NCBI RefSeq assembly: GCF_009914755.1
Contig: NC_060946.1
Length of the DNA: 64,000 nt
Source: the human T2T-CHM13v2.0 reference genome, Homo sapiens
Reading direction: 5' to 3' (one strand)
The notes under the pieces are model-generated. The model ran no database searches and was not told where the DNA came from. It worked only from the letters and a program-made list of their open reading frames with translations. The position numbers and the translations under genes were made by a program. This document shows, in pieces, positions 1-15,200 of the stretch (the stretch's first letter is position 1; each line of letters opens with the position of its first letter).

Positions 1-1931
1 TTGTGATGTGTGCATTCAACTCACAGAGAAAAACATTTGTTTTCTTTGATCAGTTTGGAAATTCTGTTCTTGTAGCATCTGCTAAGGGATAATTGTGAGC
101 AGATGGAGGCCTATGGTGAAAAAGGAAATGTCTTCATATAAAAGTTAGACAGAAGCCTCCTGCGAAACTTCTTAGTGATTTGTGTATTCATCTCAGAGTT
201 GAAACTTTCTATTCATTGAGCCATTTGGAAACAATCTTTTTGTAGACTCTGCAAATGGATATTTGGAGCACTTTGAGGCCTATGGTGAAAAATGAAATAT
301 ATTCACATAAAAACCAGACTGAAAGTTTCTGAGAAACTTCTTTGAGATGTGTGCATTCATCTCACAAAGTTCAATAATTCTTTTTATTGAGTGATTTGGA
401 AAAATCTTTTTGTAGAACCTGCAAAGAGATATTTGTGAGGGCTTTGAGGCTTATGGTGAAAAAGGAAATATCTTCACAGAAAAACCATAAAGAAGGTTTC
501 TGAGAAACTTCTTTGTGATGTGTGCATTCATCTCACACAGTTCAACCTTTCTTTTGATTGAGCAGTTTGGAAACAGTCTTTTTAAATATTCTTCAAGTGG
601 ATACTTGTGAGCACGTTGAGGCTCATGGGGAAAAAGGAAACATTCACATAAAAAATTAATAGAAGCTTTCTGAGAAACCACTTTTTGACATGTGCATTCA
701 TCTCACAGAGTTGAACCTTTGTTTTGATTGAGCCATTTGGAAACAGTCTTTTTGTAGACTCTGCAAATGGATATTTGGAGCACTTTGAGGCCTATCACGA
801 AAAAGGAAATATATTCACATAAAAACTAGACTGAAGGATTCTGAGAAACTTCTTTGAGCTGAGTGCATTCATCTGACAGTGTTCAATAATTCTTTTTATT
901 GAGTGGTTTGGAAACAGTCTTTTTGTAGAATCTGCAAAGGGATATTTTTGAGGTCTTTGAGGCCTATGTTGAAAAAGGAAATATCTTCACAGAAAAACCA
1001 TAAAGAAAGTTTCTGAGAAACTTCTTTGGATGTGTGCATTCATCACACAGAGTTGAAATATTCTTTGGATTGAGCAGTTTCCAAACAGTCCTTTGTAGAA
1101 TCTACAGAGGGATATTTGTAGCACTTTGAGGCCTATGGTGAATAAGGAAATATATTCACATAAAAACTAGACAAAAGTTTTCTGAGAAACTTTTTTTGAT
1201 GTGTGCATTTATCTCGTAGAGTTTAACATTTGTTTTGATTGAGCAGTTTGGAAACAGTCTTTTTGTAGAATCTGCAAAGGGATATTTAGGAGCAAGTTGA
1301 GGCCTATGGTGGAAAAGGAAATATCTTCACATAAAAACTAGAAAGAAGCATTCTGAGAAGCTGCTTTAAGATATGTGTACTCATCTCACAGAGGTAAACA
1401 TTTCTTTTCATTGAGCAGTTTGTAAACTCTGTTATTCTGGAGTTTGCAAGGGATATTTTTGAGTGTTTTGAGACCCATGTTGAAAAAGGAAGTATCTTCA
1501 CATAAAAACTAGTGAGAAGCTTGCTGAGAAACTACTTTCTGATGTGTGCAGTCATCTAACAGAGTTGAAACTTTCTTTTGATTGAGCAGTTTGGAAACAG
1601 TCTTTTTGTAGACTCTGCAAAGGTATATTTGGGAGTTCATTGAGGCCTATATTCAAAAAGGAAATATCTTCAAATAAAACTGAGAAGGAAGTTTTCTGAG
1701 AAACTTCTTTGTGATGTACACATTCATCTCACAGGGTTGAACCATTCTGTTTATTGAGCAGTTTGGAAACAATCTTTTTGTAGAATCTGCAAAGGGATAT
1801 CTGTGAGTGCATTGAGGCATATGGTGAAAAAGGAAATATCTTCTTAAAAGTAGAAAGAAGTTTTCTGAGTAACTCATTTGTGACATGTGCATTTATCACA
1901 GAGAAGTAAAAGTTTCTTCCCATTAAGCAGT
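1..1931 (+). repeat. Monomeric alpha satellite (ALR/Alpha), forward orientation, ~11 divergent monomers
   Basis: ~171-bp periodic motifs TTTGTGATGTGTGCATTCATCTCACAGAGTTGAAC, TTTGATTGAGCAGTTTGGAAACAGTC and GAGGCCTATGGTGAAAAAGGAAATATCTTCACATAAAAACTAGA. Neighbouring monomers are clearly divergent. The box position reads CTATGGTGAAAAAGGAA (A-type/pJalpha), not a CENP-B box. Confidence 0.97.
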
Positions 1932-4142
1932 TAGTTTTTATGTGAAGGTATTTCCTTTTTCATCATAGACCTCAAACCGCCTACATATATCCCTTTGCAG
2001 ATTCTACAAAAAGACTGTTTCCAAACTACTCAATCAAAGAAAGCTTCCACTCTGTGAGATGAATGCCCACATCACAGAGAAGTTTCTCAGAAAGTTTCTG
2101 TCTAGTTTTTATTTGTTGATACTCCCTTTTTCACCATAGACCTCGAACTGCTCATTAATAACCCTTTGCAGATTCTACAAAAAGACTGTTTTCAAACTAC
2201 TCAATCAAAAGAAAGCTTCTACTCTGTGAGGTGAATGCACACATCACAAAGAAGTTTCTCAGAAAGCTTCTGTCTAGTTTTTATTTGAAGATGTTTCCTT
2301 TTTCAATATAGGCCTCAAAGTGCTCACAAATGTCCCTTTACAGATTTTACAAAAAGACTGTTACCAAACTGCTCAACTGAAACAAAGCTTCAACTCTTTG
2401 AGATGAATGCACACATCACAAAGAAATTTCTCAGAAAGCTTCCGTCCAGTTTTTATGTGAAGCTATTTCCTTTTTCACCATAAGTCTCAAAGCATTCAAA
2501 TTATCACTTTGCAGATTCTACAAAAAGACATTTTCCAACCTGATCTATCTAAAGAAAGGTTTAACTCTGTGAGAAGAATGCACACATCAAAAATAAGTTT
2601 CTCAGAATGCTTCTGTCTAGTTTTTATCTGAAGACATGTCCTTTTTCACCATAGGCCAAAAAGGGATTCCAAATATCCCTTTGTACATTCTACAAAGGAC
2701 TGTTTCCAAATTGCTCAATCCAAAGACAGGTTCACCTTTTGGGATGAATGCACACATCACAACGAAGTTTCTCAGAAAGCTTCTGTCTCGTTTTTGTGTG
2801 AAGATATTACTTTTTTCACCATAGGCTTCAAAGGGCTCACAAATATCGTAAAGCAGATTCTACAAAAAGACTCTATCCAAACTGGTCAAGGAAAAGAATA
2901 CTTCAAATCTGTGAGATGAATGTGCACATCTCAAATAATTTTCTCAGAAAGCTTCTGTCTAGTTGTTATGTGAAGATATTTCCGTTTTCACCATAGACCT
3001 GAAACCGCCTATATATAACCCTTTGCAGATTCTACAAAAAGACTGTTTCCAAATGGCTCAATCAAAGGAAGCTTCTACTCTGTGAGATGAATGCACATAT
3101 CAGAGAGAAGTTTCTCAGAAAGTTTCTGTCTAGTTTTTATTTGTCGATACTCCCTTTTTCACCATAGGCCTCAAACAGCTCATAAATAACCCTTTGCAGA
3201 TTCTACAAAAGGACTGTTTCCAAACTGCTCAATCAAATGAAAGTTCAGCTGTGTGAGATGAATGCACACATCAAGAAGAAGTTTCTCAGAATGTTTCTGT
3301 CTAGTTTTTATGTGAAGACACTTCTGTTTCACCATAAGCCTGAAAGTGTTCCCAAATTTTCCTTTGCAGATTCTATGAAAAGACTGTTTCCAAACTGCTC
3401 AATCAAAAGAAAGGTTCAATTCTGTGTGATGAATGCACACATCACAACGAAGTTTCTCAGAAGGCTTCTGTCTAGATTTTATTTGTGGATATTTCCTTTT
3501 TCACAATAGGCCTCAGAAAGCTCACAAATATCGCTTTGCATATTCTACAAAAAGACTGTTTCCAATCTGCTCAATGAAAGAAAATTAAACTCTATGAGAT
3601 GAATGCATGCATCCCAAAGTGGTTTCTCAGAATGCTTCTGTCTAGTTTTTATATGAAGATATTTCCTTTTTCATTACATGCCTCAAACCACTCAAAAACA
3701 TCCATTTGCAGATTCTCCAAAAAGACTGTTTCCAAACTGCTCAATCAAAAGAAAGATTCAAGTCTTTGAGATGCATACACCCATCACAAAGAAGTTTCCC
3801 AGAAAACACGAGTCTAGTTTTTATATGAAGATATTTCCTTTTTCACCATAAGCATCAAAGCGTTCACAAATATCACTTTGCAGGTTCTACGAAAAGACTG
3901 TTTCCAAACTGGTGAATCAAAGGAAAGTTTCAACCCTGTGAGATGAATGCACACATCACAAAGAAGTTCTTCAGAAAGCTGCTGTCTACATTTTATTTTT
4001 CGAGATTTCCTTTTTCACCATTGGATTCAAACCACTGAAACATATCACTTTGCAGATTCTACAAAAAGACTGTTCCCAAACTGCTCAATCAAAAGAAAGG
4101 TTCAACTCTGTGAGATGAATGCACACATCACAAAGAAGTTCC

Positions 4143-4144
<2 letters not shown>
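1932..4144 (-). repeat. Monomeric alpha satellite, reverse orientation (~13 monomers)
   Basis: Reverse-complement motifs TCTAGTTTTTATGTGAAGATATTTCCTTTTTCACCATAGGCCTCAAA and CAACTCTGTGAGATGAATGCACACATCACAAAGAAGTTTCTCAGA recur every ~171 bp. Confidence 0.97.
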
Positions 4145-5725
<1,581 letters not shown>

Positions 5726-8700
5726 GAAAGTGCATGTCACAAAGAAGTTTCTCAGAAAGTTTCTTTCTAGTTTTTATGTGAAGATATTTCCTTTTTCAAC
5801 ATAGTCCACAAAGTGCACCAAATATCTTTTGCAGATTGTACAAAAAGAGTTTTTCCAAACTGCTCAAAGAAAAGAAAGTTTCAACTCTGTGAGATGAAAT
5901 CACAATCACAAAGAAGTTACTCAGAATGCTTCTGTCTAGTTTTTAAGTGAAGGTATTTCCTGTTACACCATGGGCCTCAAAGGGCTCACAAATATCCTTT
6001 TGCAGATTCTACAAAAAGACTGTTACAGAACTGCTCAATGAAAAGTAAGTTTCAACTTTGTGAGATGAATTCACACTTAAAAAAGAAGTTTCTCAGAATG
6101 CTTCTGTCTAGTTTTTATGTGAAGATATTTCTTTGTCACCATAGGCCTCAAACCACTCAGAAATATCCCTATGCATCTGTTACAAAAAGACTGTTTCCAA
6201 ACTGCTCAATGAAAAGAAAGATTCTACTTTGTGAGATGAAAACACACATCACAAAGAATTTTCTCAGAAAGTTTTTAGCTAGCTTATATGTGAAGATATT
6301 TCCTCTTTCAGCATAGGCCTCAATGGGCTCAAAAATATCTCTTTTCAGATACTACAAAAGGCCTCGTTCCAAACTGCTCAATCAGAAGAAAGTTTCAACT
6401 CTGTGAGATGAAAGCACACATCACAAATAAGTTTCTCAGAATATTTTTCTAGTTTTTATGTGAAGATATTTCCTATTTCACCATAAGCCATAAAGGTCTC
6501 ACAAATATCCCTTTGCAGACTCTACAAAAAGCCTGTTTCCAAACAGCTCAATCAAAACAAAGTTTCAACTCTGTGAGATGAATGGACATATCACAAAGAA
6601 GTTTCTCAGAAGGCTTCTGCCTAGTTTTTATGTGAAGATATGACTTTTTCACCATAGGCCTCAAACGGCTAAGAAATATCCTTTTGCAGATTGTACAAAA
6701 AGACTGTTTCCAAATTGCTCAATGAAAAGACAGGTTCAACTCTGTGAGATGAATGCGCATATCATAAAGAAGTTTCTCAGAATGCCTCTGTCTAATTTTT
6801 ATGTGAAGATATTTCGTTTTTCACCATAGGCCTTAAATGGCTCCCAAATATCCCTCTGCAGATACTACAAAAAGACTACTTGAAAACTGTTCAATCAAAG
6901 GAATGCTTCATCTCTGTGAAATGAATGCACATATCACAAAGAAGTTTCTCGTAATGCTTCTGTCTAGTTTTTATGTGAAGATATTTCCTTTTTCACCACA
7001 GGCCTCAAAGTCCTCCAAATATCCACTTGCAGATTCTACAAAAAGACTGTTTCCAAACAGCTACATGAAGAGAAAGGTTCAATTCTGTGAGATAAATGCA
7101 CACATGAAAAAGAAGTTTCTCAGAATGCTTCTGTTTGGTTTTTATCTGACATAATTATTTTTCACCATAGGCCTCAAACCATTCAAAAATATCCCTTTGC
7201 ATATTGTACAAAAAGACTGTTTCTAAACTGTCAAATACAAAGAAAGGTTCAACTCTGTGAGATGAAACCACACATCACAAAGAAGTTCCTCATAATGCTT
7301 CTGTCTGGTTTTTATGTGAAGATATTTCATATTTCACCATAGGCCTCAAAGAGCTAACAAATATCCCTTTGCAGACTCTACAAAAAGACTGTTTTCGAAC
7401 TGCTCCATGCAAAAAAAGGTTCAACTCTGTGAGATGAATGCACACATAAAAAAGAAGTTTCTCAGAATGCTTCTGTCTAGTTTTTATGAGAAGATATTTC
7501 TTTTTCACCATAGGACTCAAACCCCTCAGAAATATCCCTTTGCAGATTGTACATAAAGAATGCTTCCTAACTGCTCAATCAAAAGAACAGTTCAAGTCTG
7601 TGAGATGAAAGCACACATCACAAAGAAGTTTCTCAGAAATCTTCTGTCTAGTTTTTATGTGAAGATATTTCCCTTCAAACGATAGGCCTCAAAGAAATCC
7701 AAATATCGATTTGAAGATTCTACAAAATAGTGTTTCCAAACTGCTCAATCAAAAGAAATTTTCAACTCTGTGAGATGAAAACACACATCACAAAGAAGTC
7801 CTTCAGAAAGTTTCTCACTAGATTTTATGTGAAGATATTTAGTTTTTCACCACAAGCCACAAAGTGCTCCAAATATCCATTTGCAGATACTTCAAAAAGA
7901 GTTTTTCCAAACTGCTCAATCAAAAGAAAATTTCAACTCTGTGAGATGAATGCAAACATCACAAGGAAGTTTCTCGGAATGCTTCTGTATATTTTTTCTG
8001 TGAAGATATTTCCCATTTCACCATTGGCCTCAGAGGGCTCTCATATATCCTTTTGCAAATTCTACAAAAGATTGTTTCCGAATTTCTCAATGAAAAGAAA
8101 GGTTCATCTCTGGGAGATGAATGCACACATGAATAAGAAGTTTCTCAGGATGACTCTGTCTAGTTTTTGTGTTAAGATATTTGTTTTTCACCGTAGGCCT
8201 CAAACTGCTCAGAAATATTCCTTTGCAGATTGTACAAAAAGATGGTTTCCAAACTGCTCAATGAAAACAAAGGTTCAACACTGTGACATGAATACTCACA
8301 TCACAGAGAAGTTTTTCAGAAAGTTTCTGTTTAGTTTTTAAGTGAAAATATTTCCTTTTTCACCATAGGCCTCAAAGCACTCCAAATATCCTTTTGCAAA
8401 CTCTACAAAAAGAGACTTTCCAAACTGTTCAATTAAAAGAAAGATTCAAATCTGTGAGAAGAAATTACACATCACGAAGAAGTTTCTCATAATACTTCTC
8501 TCTACTTTTTTTGTGAAGATATTTCCTATGTCACCATGGGCCTCAAAGATCTCACAAATATCCCATTGCAGATTCTACAAAAAGACAGTTTTTGAACTGC
8601 TAAATGAAAAGAAAGGTTCAACTCTTTGAGACGAATGCACACATAATAAATTAGTTTATCATAATGCTTCTGTCTAGTTTTTATGTGAAGATATTTCTTT

Positions 8701-8838
8701 TTCACCATAGGCATCAAACCGTTCAGAAATATCCCTTTGTAGATTGTACAAAAAGACTGTTTCCAAACTGCTCAATCAAAAGAAAGTTTCAAACTGGTGA
8801 GATGAATGCACACATAACAGACGAGTTTCTCAGGAATC
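5726..8838 (-). repeat. Monomeric alpha satellite, reverse orientation
   Basis: Continuous ~171-bp monomers with the TTCCTTTTTCACCATAG A-box. Both CTCCAAATATCCA and CTCACAAATATCCC monomer variants are present. Confidence 0.97.
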
Positions 8839-9286
8839 TTTTTTTTATTTTCAACACTTTATTTTACTTTTTTTAAAGTTAGTTGTTTTTAATTTATTAT
8901 TATTATACTTTAAGTTTTAGGGTACATGTGCACAATGTACAGGTTTGTTACATATGTATACATGTGCCATGCTGGTGTGCTGCACCCACTAACTCGTCAT
9001 CTAGCATTAGGTATATCTCCCAATTCTATCCCTCCCCCTTTCCCGCACCCCACAACAGTCCCCAGAGTGTGATGTTCCCCTTCCTGTGTCCATGTGTTGC
9101 TCTCATTGTTCACTTCCCACCTATGAGTGAGAATATGCGGTGTTTGGTTTTTTGTTCTTGTGATAGTTTACTGAGAATGATGATTTCCAATTTCATCTAT
9201 GTCCCTACAAAGTACATGAACTCATCATTTATTATGGCTTCATAGTATTCCATGGTGTATATGTGCCACATTTTCTTAATCCAGTC
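8839..9286 (-). mobile_element. Short 5'-truncated LINE-1 3' end (L1PA2-like) with ~60-bp interrupted A-tail
   Basis: ATTATACTTTAAGTTTTAGGGTACATGTGCACAATGT at ~8902 is the reverse complement of the L1 3' end. CACTAACTCGTCATCTAGCATTAGG is the reverse complement of CCTAATGCTAGATGACGAGTTAGTG (GAG type, not the L1HS-Ta ACA). L1 similarity ends at TTTTCTTAATCCAGTC (9286). Confidence 0.93.
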
Positions 9287-12200
9287 GTCTGTCTTGTTTT
9301 TAGTGAACATATTACCTTTCTCAACATAGGCCTCAAAGCAATCCAAACATCCATTTGCAGATTCTGCAAAAAGACTGTTTCCAAACTGATCAATCAAAAC
9401 AAATTTTTACCTCTGTGAGATGAAAGCACACATCACAAAAAAGTTACTCAGACAGCTTCTCTCTAGTTTGTATGTGAAGATATTTCCTATTTTACCTGAG
9501 GCTATAAAGGGCTCACAAATATCCCTTTGAAGGTTCTACAAAAAGGCTGTTTCCAAACTGCTCAATCAAAAGAAAGGTTCAACTCTGTGAGATGAATGGA
9601 CACATCACAAAGAAATTTCTTGGAATGATTCTGTATAGTTTTTATGTGAAGATATTTCTCTTTCACCATAGGCCTCAAAAGGATCATAATTATCCCTTTG
9701 CAGATTGTACAATAAGCCTCTTTCTAACCTGCTCAATCAAAAGAAAGGTTCAACTCTGTGAGATGAATGCACACATCACAAGGAAGTTTCTCAGAAAGCT
9801 TCTGTTTAGTTTTTATGTGAGGATATTTCGTTTTCCACCATGGGACTCAATAGCGCTCAAAATATCCATTTGCAGATTCTAGAAAAAGGGTGTTTCCAAA
9901 CTCCTCAATCAAAAGAAAGTTTCAATTCTGTGAGATGAAAGCACACATCACAAAGGAGTTTCTTAGAAAGCTTCTTTCTATTTTTTATGTGAATATATTT
10001 CACATTGCACCATAGTACTCAACGCTCTCAGAAATATCCCTTTGCAGATTCTACAAAAGGGCTGTTTCCAAACTGCTCAATCCAAAGAAAGTTTCAACTA
10101 TGTGAGATGAATGCACACATCACAAAGAAGTTTCTCAGAATGCTTCTTTCTAGTTTATATATGAAGAAAATTCCTATTTCACCATAGGCAATAAAGGGCT
10201 CACAAATATTTTTTTGCAGATCCTACAAAAAGACTGTATCCAAACTGCTCAATGAAAAGAAAGTTTCAACTCTGTTAGATTAATGGACACATCAAAAAGT
10301 AATTTCTCAGAAAATTTCTGTTTAGTTTTTATGTGAGGATATTTCCTTTGTCACCATTGGCCTCAAAGCACTCCTAATATCCATTTACAGATATCACAAA
10401 AAGAATGTTTCCAAACTGCTCTATCAAAAGAGAGTTTTAACTCTGTGAGATGAAAGCACACATCTCAAAGAACTTTCTCAGAAAGATTCGGTCTAGTTTT
10501 CATGTAAAGATATTTCCAGTTTCACCATAGGCCTCAAAGGGCCAAGAAATATCCCTTTCCAGATTCTAAAAGACAACCACTTCCATACTGCTCAATCAAA
10601 AGAAAGCTTAAATTCTGTGAGGTGAATGCACACATGAGAATGAAATTTCTCAGAATTCTCCTGTCTAGTTTTTATGCGACGATATTTACTATGTCACTAT
10701 AAGCTTCAAATGTCTCAAAAATATCCCTTTGCAGATTCTACAAAAATATGGTTTCAAAAGTGTGAATTAAAAGAAACCTTCAACTCTGTCAGATGAATGA
10801 AGACATCACAAAGAAGTTCCTCAGAATGCTTCTGTCTAGTTTAAATGTGAAGATATTTCTTTTTCACATAGACCTCAAATGGCTCAGAAATACACCTTTG
10901 CAGAATGCAGGAAAAGACTGTTTCTAAACTGCTCAAACAAAATAAAGTTTCAACACTGTGAGATGAATGCACACATCACAAAGAAGTTTCTCAGAAATCT
11001 TCTGTCTAGCTTTTATCTCTAGATAATTCCTATTTTGTCATAGGAATCAATGTGCTCACAAATATCCCTTTGCAGATTCTACAAAAGTTCTGTTTCCAAG
11101 CTGCTCAATCAAAAGAAACGTTCAACATTGTGAGATGAATGCACATATCACAAAGAAGTTTCTCAGAATGCTTCTGTCTGGTTATTATGTGAAGATATTT
11201 CCTTTTTCACCATGGGCCTGAAAACACTCCAAATATCCACTTGCAGATTCTACAAAAAGAGGGTTTTCAAACTGCTCAATGAAAAGAAAGGTTCAATTCT
11301 GTGAGATGAAAGCACACTTCACAAAAGTGTTTCTTAGAAACCTTCTATCTAGTTTTTATGTGAAGATATTTCATATTTCAAAATAGGTCTCAATGGGCTC
11401 AGAAGTATACTCTTGCAGATGCTACAGAAAGAGTGTTTCCAAAAAGCTCAATCAAAAGAAAGGTTTAACACTGTAAGATAAATGCACACATTACAAAGAA
11501 GTCTCTCAGAATTCTTCTGTATAGTTTTTTTGAGAAGCCACTTCTTTTTTCACTATAAGCCTGTCTGCTCACTAATAGCCTTCTGCAGATACTACAAAAT
11601 ACTCTTTCCAAACTGCTCAATCAAAGTAAAGGTTCACATCTGTGAGATGAAAGCCCACGTCACAAAGAACTTTCTCAGAAAGTTTCCGTCTAGTTTTTAT
11701 GTGAAGATATTTCCTATTTCTCCTTAGGCCTCAAAGGGATCACAAATATCCCTATTCAGATTCTACAAAAAACTGTTTCCAAACTGCTTCATCAAAAGAA
11801 AGGTTCAACTCTGTGAGATCAATGCACACATACAAAATTAGTTTCTCAGAATGCTTCTGTCTAGTTTTTATGTGAAGTTATTACTTTTTCACCATAGGTC
11901 TCAAACCGCAAACAAATATTCCTTTGCAGATTGCACAAAAAGTATGTTTCCACACTGCTCAATGAACAGAAAGGTTCAACTCAGTGAGATGAATGCAAAC
12001 ATCACAAAGAGTTTTCTCAAAATGCTTCTGTCTAGGTTTTAGGTGAAGATATTTACTTTTTCACCATAGGCCTCAAACTGCTCACAAATATCCCTTTGCA
12101 GATTCTACAAAACGACTTGTTGCCAAACTGCTCAATGAAAAGCAAGGTCCAAATCTGTGAGATGAAAGCACACATCACAAAGAAGTTTCTCAGAAAGTTT

Positions 12201-15200
12201 CTGTCTAGTTTTTAAATGCAGATATTTTCTTTTTCACTATAGGCCTCAAAGCACTCCAAATATCGGTTTGCAAGTTCTACAAAAGAGTGTTTCCAAACTG
12301 CTCAATCAAAAGAGAGGTTCAACTCTTTGTGGTGAAAGCACACAGCACAAAGAAGTTTTACAAAAAGCTTCTGTCTAGTTTTTATGTGAAGACATTTCCT
12401 ATTTCACCATAGGCCCCAGTGGGCTCACAAACATCCCTTTGCAGATTCTACAAAAGAATTCTTTCCAAACTGCTCAATCCACGGAAAGTTTCAACTCTGT
12501 GACATGAGTGCATACATCACAAAGAAGTTTCTCAGAATGCTTCTCTCTAGTTTTTATGTGAAGAAATTTCTTGTTCACCATAGGCCTGAAATGCTGCAAA
12601 TATCCATCTTCAGATTCTACAAAAAGAATGTTTCCAAACTGCTCAATCAAAAGAAAAGTTCAACTCTGTGAGATGAAAGCACACATCACAAAGAAGTTTC
12701 TCAGAAAGCTTCTGTCTAGTTTTTTTGTGAAGATATTCCCTATTTCACCATAGTCCTGAAAGGGCTCACAAATATCCTTTTGCATATTATACAAAAAGAC
12801 TGTCCCCAAACTGCTCAATCAAAAGAAAGTTTCAACTCTGTGTGATGAATGCACACATTACAAAGAAGTTTCTCAGAATGCTTTTGCTAGTTTTTATATG
12901 AAGATATTTCTCTTTCACAGTAGGCCTCAAATGGCTCAGAAATATCCCTTTGCAGATTGTACAAAAAGACTGTTTCCAAACTTCTCAATCAAAAGAAAGG
13001 TTCAACCCTGTGACACGGAAGCAAACATCACAAAGTAGTCTCTCAGAAATCTTCTGTCTATTTTTTATGTGATGATATCTCCTATATCATCATGGGCCAT
13101 TTAGGGCTCACAAATTTTTTTTTGCAAATTCTACAAAAAGACTGTTTCCAAACTGCTCAATCCAAAGGAAGTTTCAACTCTGTGAGATGAATGGACACAT
13201 CACATAGATGTTTCTCACAATCCTTCTGTCTATTTTTTATGTGAAGGTATTTCCTTTTTCACCATAGGCCTCCAAGCACTCCAAACATCCATTTGCTGAT
13301 TCCACAAAAAGACTGTTTCCAAACCCCTCAATCAAAGAAGGATTCAACCGTATGAGATGAATGCACACATCACAGAGATGTTTCTCACAATGCTTCTGTC
13401 TATTTTTTATGTGAAGGTATTTACTTTTTCACCATAGGCCTCAAAGCGCTCCAAACATCCATTTGCTGATTCCACAAAAGGACTGTTTCCAAACTGCTCA
13501 ATCAAAAGAAAGGTACAACTCCTTGTGTTGAAAGCACACATCACAAAGAAGTTTCTCAGAAAGCTTCTGTCTAGTTTTTCTTTGAGGATATTTCCTGTTT
13601 CACCATGGGCCATAAAGGGCCCAAAAATATTTTTCACAGATTCTACAAAAAGACTGTTTCCAAACTGCTCAATCCAAAGAAAGTTTCAACTCTGTGAGAT
13701 GAATGGACACAAGACAAAGTAGTTTCTCAGAATACTTCTGTCTAGGGTTTATGTGAGATATTTCCTTTTTCACCATAAGCCTCAAAGTGCTCAAATATCC
13801 ATTTGCAGATTCCACAAAAAGACTGTTTCCAAGTTGCTCAATGAAAAGAAAGTCTCAACTCTATGAGGTGAAAGCACACATCACAAAGAAGTTTCTCAGA
13901 ATGTATCTTTCTAGATATTTTGTGAAGATATTTCCTTTTTCAACATAGGCCTCAAATCACTCCAAGTATCCATTTGCAGATTCTACCAAAAGACTGTTTA
14001 CAAACTGCTAAATCAAAATAAAGTTTCAGCTCTGTGATATGAATGCAGGCATCACAAAGAAGTATCTCAGAAAGCTTCTGTTTAGTGTTTATCTGAAGAT
14101 ATTTCCTTTTTCTCCATAGACTTCAAAGCTCTCCAAATATGCATTTCCAGATTCTATAAAAAGTCTGTTTCCAAACTGCTCAATGAAAAGAAAGGTTCAA
14201 CTCTGTGAGATGAAAGCACATATCACAAAGAAGTTTCTCAGAATGTTTCTTTCTAGTTTTTTTTTGAAGATATTTCCTTTTTCACCATAGGCCTCAAAAC
14301 ACTCCCAATATCCATTTGCAGATTCTACAAAAAGAGTGTTTACAAACTGCTCAATCAAAAAAAGTTTTCAACACTGTGAGATGAATGCACACATTACAAA
14401 GTAGTTTCCCAGAAAACTTCTGTTTAGTTTTTATGTGAAGATATTTCCTTTTTCACCATAGGCCTCAAAACACTCCAATTATCCATTTGCAGATTATGCA
14501 AAAAGAGTGTTTCCAAACTGTTCATTCAAAAGAAACACTTAACTCTTTGAGATGAAAGCAATCATTAAAAATAAGTTTCTCAGAAAGCTTCTGTCTAGCT
14601 TTTATGTGAAGATATTTCCAATATCACCAAAGGCCTCAATCGGCTGAGAAGTATCCCTTTGGCATTCTACAATAGGACTGTTTCCAAAGTGCTCTAGCAA
14701 AGGAAAGGTTCAACTCTGTGAGATGAATGCACGCATCACTAAAAAGTTTCTCAGAAAATTTCTGTGTAGTTTTTATGTGAAGATATTTCCTACTTCACCC
14801 AAGGCCTCAAAGGATTCACAATTATCCCTTTGTAGATTTTACAAAAAGACTGTTTCCAAATCTTCAATCAAAGAAATGTTCAAATGTGTGAGATGAATGC
14901 AAACCCTCACAAAGAAGTTTCTCAGAATTCTTCCATCAAATTTTTATGTGATGATATTTCCTTTTTTACCATAGGCCTCAATAAGCTCCAAATATACATT
15001 TGCAGATTCTACAAAAAGAGGGTTTCCAAACTGCTCAATCAAAAGAAAGGTTCAACTCTGTGAGATGGAAGCACACATCACAAAGAAGTTTCTTAGAAAC
15101 CTTCTGTCTAGTTTTTATGGGAAGATATTTCGTTTTTCACCATAGGCCTCAATGGGCTCAGAAATATACCTTTGCAGATTCTATAAAAGGATTGTTTACA

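Noticed and set aside
6812-15146. TTCG-containing boxes at ~6813, ~9827 and ~15129 as CENP-B boxes
   Set aside because: They lack the CGGG half of TTCGNNNNANNCGGG and are point variants of the A-type box.
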